DNA of 64,000 nucleotides from Cycas panzhihuaensis (lineage: Eukaryota; Plantae; Cycadophyta). Numbering within the stretch: position 1 is the stretch's first letter; every line of letters starts with the position of its first letter. The notes beneath the pieces are model-generated. The model did not search any database, had not been told where the DNA came from, and was given only the letters and a program-made list of their open reading frames with translations. Below, one piece after another: positions 40,701 to 52,691 of the stretch. The stretch is from NCBI GenBank assembly GCA_023213395.1, contig CM041465.1, positions 67,153,741 through 67,217,740 on the forward strand, given 5' to 3'. Both the position numbers and the translations under genes were made by a program.

Positions 40701-41370
40701 TTAATTACAGATACTGGGACTCCCTTTTGTAATAAGGAAATGGATGAGTTTTATGGGAAGTTTAAGATATCCCATAAGAACTCCTCTCCTTATTACCCTC
40801 AGGCCAATGCCCAAATCGAGTCCTTCAATAAGACTCTCATAAGTATCCTAAAGAAAATCGTTGCTCAATCCTAAAAGGATTGGTACCTTCAACTTCCCTC
40901 TACCTTATGAGCATCTCGTACTTCCATCTACATAGCCACAGGGATGACCTTATTTTTCCTTGTATATGGAACTGAGGTAGTCCTCCCTTTTGAAGTTGAA
41001 ATTCCCTCCTTGCATGGTTTCCTTCGAGGTCTTATCAACGAGGAATTCTATTGATAGGCCTACCTCCTTGATCTTGAAGTCTTAGATGAGAAACATTTGA
41101 TCACATATCAAGCGAATCTTACCTCCAAAGCTAGGGTGTGAAGAACATATGACAAACACTTATGCCCTCGCCCTTTGCATCCCAGGGATCATGTCCTCAA
41201 ATTAGACTATCTCTATGTTTGCTTATCTATATTCAGGCCTAAATGGGATGGTCCTTTCGTCGCTCTTGAAAGTTTTAACAAATGCCCATATAGGATTGCA
41301 ATTCTAAAGGGTCTCAAGTTTGAGAAGGCTATCAATAGTAAATTCTTAAAGAAATTCTATATGCGACCTT
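34701..41370 (+). pseudogene. gag-pol: gag-pol pseudogene of gypsy B1
   Basis: Gag PKFDKTSSQD...LKWFNHLP; protease TIVNNDSFVNAIP; RT KDNFPLP and FMDD (39281-39292); RNase H; integrase core; GPF motif RPKWDGPF...INSKFLKKFY. Many stops and frameshifts. Confidence 0.9.
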
Positions 41371-42059
41371 CCCTACTCTCAAGTAGATTAGGCACACCCC
41401 TTCTCCTCTTTTACTCTGAAATATCCTAAACTACCACCTTGAGCATGTTCCTATTTCCCCCAACCATAGGGGGAATGGCAGCTTAAGGTGGCCTCTTATC
41501 TTTATAGTTTCATCATTTGTATTGCATCTTTTTCATTTCCCTCCTTAGGAAAACCTCTCCTCCTATTTGGGTATGTAAACTTTCGTCGCTCCTGAGCTCG
41601 GAATCGTACCCAAACTAGGGCCTTCCACTTGAGTATCTATACTCCATCCTTGTTGTTGTTTCCTTTGCATATCTATTATGATTCTTCGATGGACATACAT
41701 GGCTCTCCCTCTTCTAGCCTCATATGTGCTTATCACCTATAAACATGGTGGTCATGTGTGCCCTCTATGAGTGTGATATTATATGAAGGGAAATGTGAGT
41801 ATCATCCACATGATCTAAAAACAAAAGCCATATTTAACAATTGACTACAACCATCATAGTGCATAGTCCCTTATACACCTGTGCACTTATATCTCTATGC
41901 ATCTATCTCTCTATGCATATCCATAAGCAAATAAATAAATAAACAATACAATAATATCACAAAACCATCACTGTACCATCATCATGGGTCAAATGGAATA
42001 CCAATTGGCCCTCATTTATATATACAATGAATCATATCATACAAATCCATATAGTACAT

Positions 42060-42816
42060 CATCCTCAAGAAGCTAGAATCCTTACAGGGAGGAGTACAAT
42101 CATCTGTCTACATATGGTCTGACTCCCTAGAGGTTCAATGCTTTCTTGCTTAAAACTAATAATTCATCTAACTCCTCAATGCCCTGCCCTCAAGGGGTAT
42201 CGTCTCCTCATCTGCGAGACCCTTGCCAAAAGACCACATGCCTCGTAGGCTCCTCCTACACAACTACAAGCTCCCCACCTCACTCCCCTCATCCTGAGGC
42301 CTCCTCTGGGTCAATGTCATCATATGGGTGTGAGTCCCGCTCTGTGATGACCTAGTGGTGACTTGCTCTACTAGATTATTATATCTCACCTGTATATGAT
42401 CTCTCTTCCCTTTTGCTCTCCAGAGTCCCTCCTCTAGCAGGGCAATCCTGATGTGACTCTGTGCATCTCTGCCTACCATTCCTTCTCCCTAAGCCTCTAG
42501 CGCTTGGACCTAGCCTTGTAGGGTATCTCTCTCCATGACTACCTAGTCCATCTCTGTGTGGAATCGATCTAGTTCCACTTGCAGTTGTCCTACCCTCACC
42601 TAATGTCCCTAGGACTCCATTGCCCACATATCTCTGGCCCTAGTCAATAGGGCGAATGCCACCATGTATGCCCTTACCGAATAAGGCTCCTCTCCAACCT
42701 AGATGGGAGGTTGTCCCTCCATGTAGATTTTGGGAAATAACTCTTGGACTACTACCTCCACTAACCTTCTCATCTCCATTGCTCTTACCAAATCACACAT
42801 GCCATACGTCAGTCTA
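42060..42816 (-). pseudogene. Antisense extra ORF in the 3' region of gypsy B1 (coiled-coil-like, unknown function)
   Basis: One minus-strand frame runs from 42816 to ~42360, joining the non-repeat tail of ORF 42699..43148 with ORF 42264..42479 and broken only by TAG codons. An acidic tail follows in another frame. The left boundary is approximate. Confidence 0.6.
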
Positions 42817-43159
<343 letters not shown>

Positions 43160-45179
43160 GTCTTTGGGGAGTTAATTTATATTTGAGTATTTGGGGGAGG
43201 CATCTTTATGATGGCCTTAACCTTAGCGAGATCAACATAGATCCTTTATTGAGAGACACAAAAGCCCAATAATTTATTGATTGTGATAGAAAAGATGCAT
43301 TTAAGTAGATTGAGGCTTATGTGGTATTTTCTACACCTAAAAAAGATTTCCTTAGGTCTATAGGGTGATCGACTCTCTTTAATGAGAGCCCCATCAAGTC
43401 ATCCATAAAGATCTCGAAAATCTTGTTAATGATGTTATGAAAAATAAATAGCATGGTGTATTAGTAGGTGGTCCCAGCATTCTTGAGACCAAAAGTTATT
43501 GCCACATAGGTAAACATTCCCCAAGGTATAGTGAAAGTTTTCTTATGATAGTCCTTAGGTGAAATTTGGATCTGATTGTACACTAAGAACTTATCTATCA
43601 AAGACATAACTTCAAATCTAACAGTTTTGTCAATGATTTGATCAATGAATGAAAGTGGAAAGTTATCTTTAGATAATGCATTATATATGTCCCTAAAGTC
43701 TATATATATGTGTATGGTTTTGTTCTTCTTAGCAACTAGCACAATGTTAGATACCTATTTCAGATAATCAATAGATGTAATAAGCCTAGCATCATGCAGT
43801 TTCTCCACTTCCACCTTCATGGTGGTGGACAATTTAGGATATAAATGTCTTTGATTTTGTCAAATTAATTTGGCTTTGGGAACTGGTGTGAGGTTATGGG
43901 TGATAATATTAGGGATTATGCCCTTCATGTCTATATACTCCTATGCAAAAATGTCCTAAAACTCTTGTTATAATCGTGTAAATTGCTCAACCTCTTCATG
44001 GGAATATTTGATGCCAATCTTAATAACCTTACTTAGGGAAAGGATAATATCTCTTATTTGCCCATATAAAAGGATATTTCCCTCCTTAAAGTAAGAAGGG
44101 GCCTAATTAATTTAGATACCGAGAAGAGTTTGGATATTGTTAAGGTTATGCAAGGGGGAGTTAATGATAAGGTACTTCCAAAATACTAGCTTTTAGTGGT
44201 TTAAAGGGAGGTTAGGCAATAAGTCTGTTAAGTGTTCAAGTAAGGCCTCATCATTCCTAAAACAATCTACTCCATTGATGGTCTTGGACATGGTAGGTGG
44301 AGATGGATTTAGGCTTGGGGGATATTCATACCAATCAATTACCCAGCCAACAAAGTGAAGGGACTCCTCTGATGAGTTCAAGTAAAGGTGGAGGATTAAG
44401 TTACTATTGAGAGTATGAATTAGGATCCTATAGGGGTAATGATCATATATAATCAACTCATCATAAGGGAAAATAGATTTTGCATCTTCCTTTGAATCAT
44501 AGGCAAGGAGAGCTTATTTTGAGATAAGCCTTGTAATCATGTTACTTAAGTGATCCCCCATACATTGAATCATGTTAATAATTCATGGTGGAGGGTTAGA
44601 TAAGAAGGGGTCATTGACTAGGAATCAAGTTATGATTCAATGGAACCTTGGACCCTTAGGATGTTGTGTATATAGGCGATGAGCTAAGGGATGTCTACCC
44701 AAAAAGTTAGTTGAAAGGGAGAGGGGTAATGCATCCACTAGGTAACGATATTTGAGAATCATTACTTAGATGATTTTGATGCTAATTATATAGAAGTTAG
44801 ATGGAATGGTGAGCTAACCATGCTTGCAAAAAGAGGGACTCTAAATGAGGAGGGTGTTGGGGTGTTGGGTATAGACCAAAGTATATGGATTTAGGATAAA
44901 AGGAGGAGAGGCATCTTCATAAAATACCTCTTCTTAGGAAGAGGTAAGAAGGCTACATGATTTGTAAGGGCTAAAAGTCCTTATCCTTAGAATTAGGGTC
45001 ACTAAGGATGGCAAGGTAGCCATATCTTCCCATGCTTATATGGGTGAAATAGACTAAGTTAAGTTGAGGGGATGCATGATCTTCCCTATGATGAGGGTTT
45101 TTCTCATTAAAGAAATTTGCTATAGATGGATCAAGAGGTTCCCCATCACTATCCATAATATTAAAGATGGATTAGCAGG
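43160..45179 (-). mobile_element. Fragment of a family-B-related gypsy element (PR-RT spacer and RT)
   Basis: ORF 43461..43742 has KDNFPLSFIDQ...FGLKNAGTTY; FMDD at 43398-43409; ORF 44193..44456 has GVDCFRNDEALLEHL; ORF 44971..45156 has GRYGYLAILSD. Confidence 0.9.
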
Positions 45180-45864
45180 TGTTTCTTAGCTACCAGGAAT
45201 AGATATAGATGGGTCGACTTAGGTAGGTGCAGGTATGCTTCTATCCCTCACCTCCATCAGTTCTACTAGAGGTGGATTGAAGCACTTTTACATTACATGA
45301 TTGTCTGGTTTATTGAGTGATCACTATGAATCTACTGCTTGATCATGCTGCATTATATCATTTCAACCTATGATGATCTAGGGATTCATATCCCATGGCA
45401 TCCCATAACCCTCCTTTGTGTCTCCATAATATCCCCAAGTACCTTTGGGCCTCTGTACCCTAGTACCATCACCTATAGATGCGTCATGACCCCTAGCACC
45501 TCGCCTAGGTCTAGTTGGCATTTTCCACCTATTTATCGACTCTTCTTGGGAATATTTTGCCTTTAGTACCTATTTGTTATAGGCTTTCCCAAGCCCCACA
45601 ACCCTTTCGTGCCACTTAAATAGAGTGTCATGCCCCTTAGGCCCAAAGTACCCTCTCTTTTGGGCTCCTAACGTTCTTTATCTTTTGTTTTTGCTTATGT
45701 TCTTCTGCACTGTGATAAAGATCATAGTACCACTACAAACTTCATGGTATTGTAAAGTTTACGGCGGTGTAACTGTCATATTTTATTTTTTTAAATTTGC
45801 CGTGACTAATTTTGCATTTATTACAAAATTGCCATGTGGAAGATATGTATTCCCAACCTAAGTC

Positions 45865-45905
45865 AAACCCTAATTGCTTGGTTGCGCTAGGGTTGGGTAT
45901 AAAAA
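45865..45905 (+). promoter_or_regulatory. Putative LTR core promoter: inverted telo-box pair and TATA box
   Basis: aaaccctaa (45865) ... ctagggtt (45887) ... tataaaaa (45898). An equivalent arrangement occurs in B1 (32060-32097) and partly in B3 (56190-56212), followed by a CT-rich leader. Confidence 0.55.
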
Positions 45906-48483
45906 CCCAAAAACAACATTATTTCAGCCTCTTCTTACTCTCTTTCACTCAACTCTCCTAGCACTTCTTTAGAAAAATGCCCTACAACAAGGATAGAGCC
46001 TGCTACACTAGTGTCTCAGCCTACCATCAGTCTCCTACAGCTCTAAATACACTGTTGCAGTCCTGTAACATGGCCAACAAAGGGAAGGACATGTTCCAAG
46101 TTCTTCATCAAGTCCAGATCCACTCTCTTCACTTTAATCTCCTAATGGCTTACTGCTCTTTTGTGGTTTCACTTACAAACCCTATAAGGTTGGTCTCTCT
46201 CCTCTGTTTTACTAGTAGATCTACCTTTGATCTACCCATAATAGGTATTTCTGAGCTAATGGTTTATCCTTCTTTTGCTTTAAGCAACATAAACATAATT
46301 GGTTAGCACTTTTACAATAGTTTTCCTTTAGTTTTTACTATAAGCAAGAGGCAAACCCTCCCCATCTTGCTTATCTCTTTTGTTTTCCTCTTGGCTCTTT
46401 CCTGGTTATTGGAAGGGGGTAGCGAAGAAGAGATCTTCATGAAGAGTGAAAGGATTAAAGGTAGGGTTTTACACCCAACAAGCTTTCTCCTCACAGGCAT
46501 CCCCCTTCTCTCCTCATCTCTTCTTCCTCTGTGCTTTCCTTAAGCTCCCAAAAGGCCATTAGGAAGAAGACGACAACTAGCAATAGCATAGGTAGCCCCT
46601 TGCTGCGCTCACGATCATCTTCGTAGGTCCTACACACAAGGGACTCTAACCCTCCATTCTGTAGATTCTTATGCCTTTTAGCTTAACCCTATCATGGTTG
46701 CAATAGTTACACATTGCAACTTTTGCAACATTGACAGCATTAGCAACATTTTCTCTTGCTTTCCCACTTGCATCTCAAGGGTTTCTTGCATTCACCTTAC
46801 CTCATATTCTCTGATACTTGGACAACGTGGAGCACATCCAATCTGGAGGGTTTTCCATTTTGAGGCTATTCATCCTCCTTCTCTCTTTGCCCCCCTTTAT
46901 TCATGTAGTTTACTAAATGATAGAAAAGGAATGAGAAGTAATGTTGTGGTGAGGGACATTCCTTTTAGCTAAAAATCATGAGTCCTATTATTTGTTTTGT
47001 TGTGTATCTATCCCATGTATACTTAGCAACTCTTAGGAAAGGGTAAACTTGGTTTGATTTGCAGGTCACCTTGGTGTGCGTGGAGAACGAAGGGGATCCT
47101 GCTCTAGGTACGACCCCATCCTTCTAACCGGTACTTCTTTTGCTCTCAAAATCATAAGTTAAAGTTGTATTTGCTTTTGCATTTTTCTTGCAATGCTTTC
47201 TTTGCTATTTCATTTCCTTTGACTTGGGGGAAGATAAGGGGAACCCCTCATTTCTTCATCAGCACCACCTCACACTGTCTATGGTTGGAGAAAGATAAGG
47301 GTGATAGGTGTAATAAGGATAATGCCACTTCAACTGTCATATTCTAGGTACACCTTATGCTTTCCCTGTTTCCTTTTCTTCCCTCTCTTTTCCCCCCTTC
47401 ACCTATACATTATTTTGAGAAACGAAAAGAAGAAGAACTAGTTTTGGTCATTTATTGTCAACTAGTTTGCTCGCTTTTGTAGGAAAGTGTATGTAGTAAG
47501 AATCCTACATATTTGCATGCTCATCCCGTTGCATTGCTTAGTATGCTTGTATATTTTACATATGCTTTGCTTCATATAGCTGCCATTTGTATCCTTCCTT
47601 TCTTTTCTGCTTTTGCATTCAAAAGGTAAAGAGAGTGAGGTCATATGTGTGAATGAATGAGAGTGAGTCTTGTATTATCTTATTACTTTGAAAAGTTACC
47701 CCTTTACATGTAAGGATACATCGTCACAAATACCACACCATTTTCTTTTACAACCAACAAACACAAATATTGAGATGTTCCTTATTTGATCCTTATTCCT
47801 AAGATCTTCTTAGGTCTAGAACCTTTAGGGCGTCCCCCTTCTAAGGCTATTTTCTTGGTCCTCCCTACTCAGTTTGATTAAACCACTTAGGTATCGCCCT
47901 TTAGGCTCATACCTAACCTGTGAGCTTAACCCTCTTCTTCACCTCCTGAATGTGTATGCCACCCTTCTTCTCTACTAAAGTCGTTCCCTCTATACTCCCT
48001 CTCTATACAAGGAGCCATTCCCTCACTCTCTCTATCCTCCTTCCTTCAGCCATCCAAGGACAGGAGGGCCTCTTGTGAGGTTACTCAGGAAGCCAAGGAT
48101 ATCCCTCACTTGCCTATCACTCTAAACTGAATTAGAGTCACCTTGAAGGAGTTCGCGTACCATTTAGAGGTCCCAAACCTGCGTTCTGATGCATGATGTC
48201 CTTTGTGGGTGTCACTTTCTCTTGTTGTCATAGGTTTCTTGTCACTGCAATTTGATAGTTCAGATTGGCCTCATCCAAGCATAGCTATTCCTCCCACCCC
48301 CACCCCGAAAGGTGCAATTTCACTAGCGACCATACCGGGGACCATGAGTAAGGGATTAATCCTCTCTCCCTTCCTGTTGGTGCTACTCCTTCCTAGTAGC
48401 TCTCTTTGGTTTGTTGGACGGCCCTAACGCTCACACCCCATTATACCTCTTGCTCCTTCTTCCAACCTACGAGTGGAACTTGT

Positions 48484-51400
48484 ATGCGATCATTCTCACG
48501 TCACTTGCAAGGCCTCCCTCCTTTGTTGGAAGACCTATCTTATCACTCCCTTCCTTCATTGAATTCTAATTCAATTATGGAAGGATTTCCTTCGGATTGG
48601 ACATATCATGCCTGTGTATCTGAATCACATAAGCCTTCTACCTCTTTCTAAGGACCCACCTAAGAGGGTGAGGACCTTGTCTTTTATCTGGTTGACTAAG
48701 AACACCTACAACTTCACCACCTCTCTACTCATGAGGTAGAGGTCTCTTCTCCTCTAGAGTTCCACCACCCTGGTGGTGATTCTCATGAGGATCGCCTCGA
48801 CGGGTCCGTTTCATATAAGGTTCCTTCTACTTCTTATGATCAAGAAGATACTCCTCCTGTGGATGTTGTCAAAGCCCTTAGCTAATGATTCTAAGCCACT
48901 CGCCCCCACCCACATCCCAAGTGGTTCGAGAGCATCTTGCGAAGCGCTGTGCTTCCTTCTTCTACATCCACCTTACATCATCCATCCCATCTAATACCTC
49001 TACCTACAATGAGTTTACCTTTTATCCCATCTTCCTCTCCTCATGGACCATGCTCCTTAAGGACCACCCAAGGTATGTCCTCTTCCCAACTTGGGTTTAC
49101 CATGCCTCCTTCTAGCCAAACGACTACACCTCCACTGACTATAGTTTATCCACTGCCTGTTAGACCTAAGGGACTTGTATGCACCCCTACTTCTAGCCAT
49201 GTGGGGCTTGCCCTACACACCCTCAAGTTCAGCCTAGAGATTCTTCCCTTTATGTGCCTCCAAGATACACCTCTCAACCATGGGGTATGACGAGGGAAAC
49301 TCCCTCCCAGCTTATGGGGTGTACCCTTTGCACCGATATGGGGTCGCACCACCCATAGGCAACCCACATGGGTAAAACCCAATTCCACACCCCTATTTTC
49401 TATCCTCCTATGTCACATCTCATGTTGTGGCTTTCCAAGTAGGACAAGCCCCCTCCCAAGGCACCTTCTCTCAAGCTCCTTTCTAACAAGGGATGTTTCC
49501 TCAAGTAGGGATGGGTCCCTCACTCCCATTCGCTCCTATATATGTTTCTTTGAATGCGGGACTAGTATCCTCTCACCCAACGGGAGGAGGCCCATATCCC
49601 CTTTTGAACCAAACTCCCCAAGGAGGGTTTGGGTAACCTTGCCCACCTCCTCCTCTATCTCTTGTCGATCCTATGGTCTAGTCAAGGGTATACCCCTCTA
49701 TGGATTATAGATCAATGTCCTTATCTATTAAGGTAATAAGGACCAACTTACCGCCTCACCCTCTCGAGGTTCTTAAATTTGATAGGACCTCATCACAAGA
49801 CCCAATGGAGCATGTTCGTATATTTTCTATGGCATGCATTGATTACTGGGCCTATGACCATATCGTTATGAAACTATTCCCATGATCCCTTCAAGGCAAT
49901 GCCCTTAAGTGGTTTTATCGCCTGCCAACACATTCTATCTTTTCATTCCAATAACTCAAGGATGAATTCGTTAACTATTTTGACGTAGCCCGTGAGTTCA
50001 AGAGCGGAATGAAATCCATCTTGTCTCTTAAACAAGGTCACGATGAGACAAATCATGACTTTGTGAGATGCTTTCATGACCTTCTTCACTCCACAAAGGT
50101 AACTCTACCTGAAGAGTTGAAGAGGGACCTTTTTGTTAACACTTTTCGCCTAGAAATCTATGTTAAAGTCCTTAAAATAGGGGCAACAATGTATGATTCT
50201 ACCATATCCAAGTGTTGGGCGCTTTAGGCCATTGAGATCTAAGCAGGTCTCAAGAAGGCCCTCAAGCCCTCATAATGACATGAGGCAACTCCACCACTTC
50301 AAGAGACTAAAATCCAATAGCCTGCTAGGTCTTCTTCCCATCCAATCGAGAAGACTTTAGATCCTCTCACTTCTGCTATACATTTTTTCAAACATACCAT
50401 GAAGGAGCTCAAACTCCAAGCCCCTTCATCCCTCACCTCTCATAAACCAGTTCACCAGGTCTCTTAAGTCGTTCCCCTTAAGGGTGGTAATACCTAATCT
50501 TCTCAAATGAGGAAGCTCGATTCCTCCCTAGAGAAGAGATGATGTTCCATCCATGGGGAATATTTCTATAAAGATTCACAATGCTGGGCCCAACACCCTA
50601 GATCCACTCTAGAACGTGAGTCTTCTCCTAAATAGGCATCTAGGCCAAACCTAGACCAACTCGTCCACAAGGATCCTTTCTCCAAACACAGGGAATATGA
50701 TTGTAATAACCAACAAAAGGGTAACCGAAATAGGGGAAGGTCCCCAAACCCTTGCCTTTCATAAACCAAAGGGAAGGGTGCAAGGAACTCGTCCTCTTCT
50801 TCTGGATCTCTTGATCATCATACTCCTTCACCCTCTTAATCCCAAAACAAGGGAAAGAGAGTCATTTCAATGCTTAAGACCACCTCATTGTATGCCTTAA
50901 CCTAGTCTCAAATAGCTAAAGGGGAAAACGATGCCTCTTCTTCCACACCTCATCTTGATTCCTTTCAGGAGGTCCCTCTTTTAGAAGTCCCTACACTCTC
51001 TAAGACCATTCCTATGCACCCTGGTCACTATGACTTTCAAAGAGCTCTTCCCCAACCTATCGTGAAAGGGAAGCCATTTTCTATTATTGATAAGCTTCAC
51101 ACCATGGCCGCAGGGATGTCCATAATGGATGTCTTGAGGATCTTCCCTAAATAATGTACACTCCTCTTGGAAACCTTGTGATTGGGTGACGCATCTATTC
51201 ATGCCTTGGGTGTCGCCTCAAGTCGCGAACCCGTCATCTCTTTCGATCTTAAGGACCTTCCCCCAACCGGTGAAAGAGAATGCCAATGGAACTACCCCTT
51301 CACCATAACTATTGACACTCTCAACTACACTCTCCAAAGAACCATTGTGGATAATGGTTCTTCCATCAATGCCATGCCCTTGGATGTCATGCAAAAGCTT

Positions 51401-51990
51401 GGTATATCAGCAATAGAGCTAGTTCTATGACAGTGTCAAGGCTATGATGGTAGTAAAAAGACACACGTGGGATCAGTGTCCATCCCTCTCACTCTCATGG
51501 ACAAGACTGTTCTTACCAACATTGTAGTTCTCAACATTGACATCGACTACAACCTTTTATTAGGACACCTATGGCTTGACCAAATGGGAGCTATGTGTTC
51601 GTCTCATTGGGGACAACTTAAATTAGTCCATGAAGGATGAATGAAGCTCGTTGCTTGGGAGCCAACTCCCACCAAGCAATCTTGCCAACCCCATCAAGTT
51701 GCTTGTAATAAGGCCAAGGGCAATAAGGGCCCTTCTACTTGAGCCTTCGCTTGTTCGATTGACATCCATGATTCGTCCCCTTTAGAAGAAGGTCCTTTAT
51801 CTTCCTCCTCCAATCTTATATGCTTCATCCCCATTAGTGTAGGGAGTTATTGGTACCTTGCTATCCTTAGTGACGATGAGTCTGATGGTAAGGATGAGGA
51901 CCTTCCTCATCCCATATCCCTCCTAAACACTAGTAGGGAGCACTCTCTTCATTTCAGGCCCCCACATGAAACCCCTTCCTTAGAGGAAAT
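48484..51990 (+). pseudogene. gag-pol: gag-protease pseudogene of gypsy B2
   Basis: Starts MRSFSRHLQGLPP; Pro/Ser-rich N-terminus; gag core (ORFs 49700.., 50009..); protease TIVDNGSSINAMP and LLGHLW. Confidence 0.88.
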
Positions 51991-52623
51991 TGTTGGATAT
52001 TGTGATAACAATATTTTGGTATGTTTTCGACGCGGTTTCCCCCCTTAATCTTTCTCAGGGGGTTCCAAGGGGTGCAGGAGCCCCCCTTGGCCTAAGTGTG
52101 CGAGGGGCATGGAACGCCCCTCACTAAGAGGGGGTTTGGGAGCGATAGCCCTCGACCTGAAAAATAAGCCCTGTAAACCATATTAAAATGTAAAGAGAAT
52201 CAGGGTTGTTCAAAATAAATACCCTAGATTCTACGGTTGAGATCCATGCTTTGGATGTCCCTCTCATATAACTTGCTTTAGGGCTTTTCTTATTATGTTG
52301 TATGTAATATAATGTACTATGATGAGGGTGGCGGCTGGTTGTTGTTCTTTAGAGAACTCTATAACTAAGATATATTATTTCTCCATTCTACAGTAATAAA
52401 GATCGATACCTTTCTTGTGTGGATGTTTCCCTAGTGCACTGCTAGGGTTTTACCATGTTATATCAGGTGCATATGTGATATTTAGCTTATATATTGATGT
52501 TATTGTATTATCTCTGATTTTAGAACTTGCATGTTAAATCTTAGTTTTGATTCCTATAACTAGTTGCAAAATAGTTCAGATCTTGTGGCGGTTTAAGGTT
52601 TGGGACGTTATATTCTCAATAAG

Positions 52624-52636
52624 TGATATCAGAGCC
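52624..52636 (+). promoter_or_regulatory. Primer-binding site (tRNA-iMet) of copia A3
   Basis: tgatatcagagcc, one G>A from tggtatcagagcc, 2 nt after the LTR. Confidence 0.88.
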
Positions 52637-52691
52637 ACTTTTATTTTGTAACAAATTTGTGAAGGTTTTGGTGTCGGATTTTCTACACCAA

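Larger units (their letters stand above)
31367..42816 (+). mobile_element. Ty3/gypsy family B copy 1 (Tat-like), 5' LTR through integrase, 3'-truncated
   Basis: Start tatttcttggctac aligns with the LTR starts at 45180 and 55520. Domain order is gag-PR-RT-RH-INT. Homology ends at the microsatellite; no 3' LTR. The 5' LTR tentatively ends at ~34053. Confidence 0.92.
45180..51990 (+). mobile_element. Ty3/gypsy family B copy 2 (5' LTR, gag, protease), interrupted by a copia insertion
   Basis: Starts tgtttcttagc and is colinear with B1 and B3. Homology stops abruptly at 51990 in the PR-RT spacer. Confidence 0.92.
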
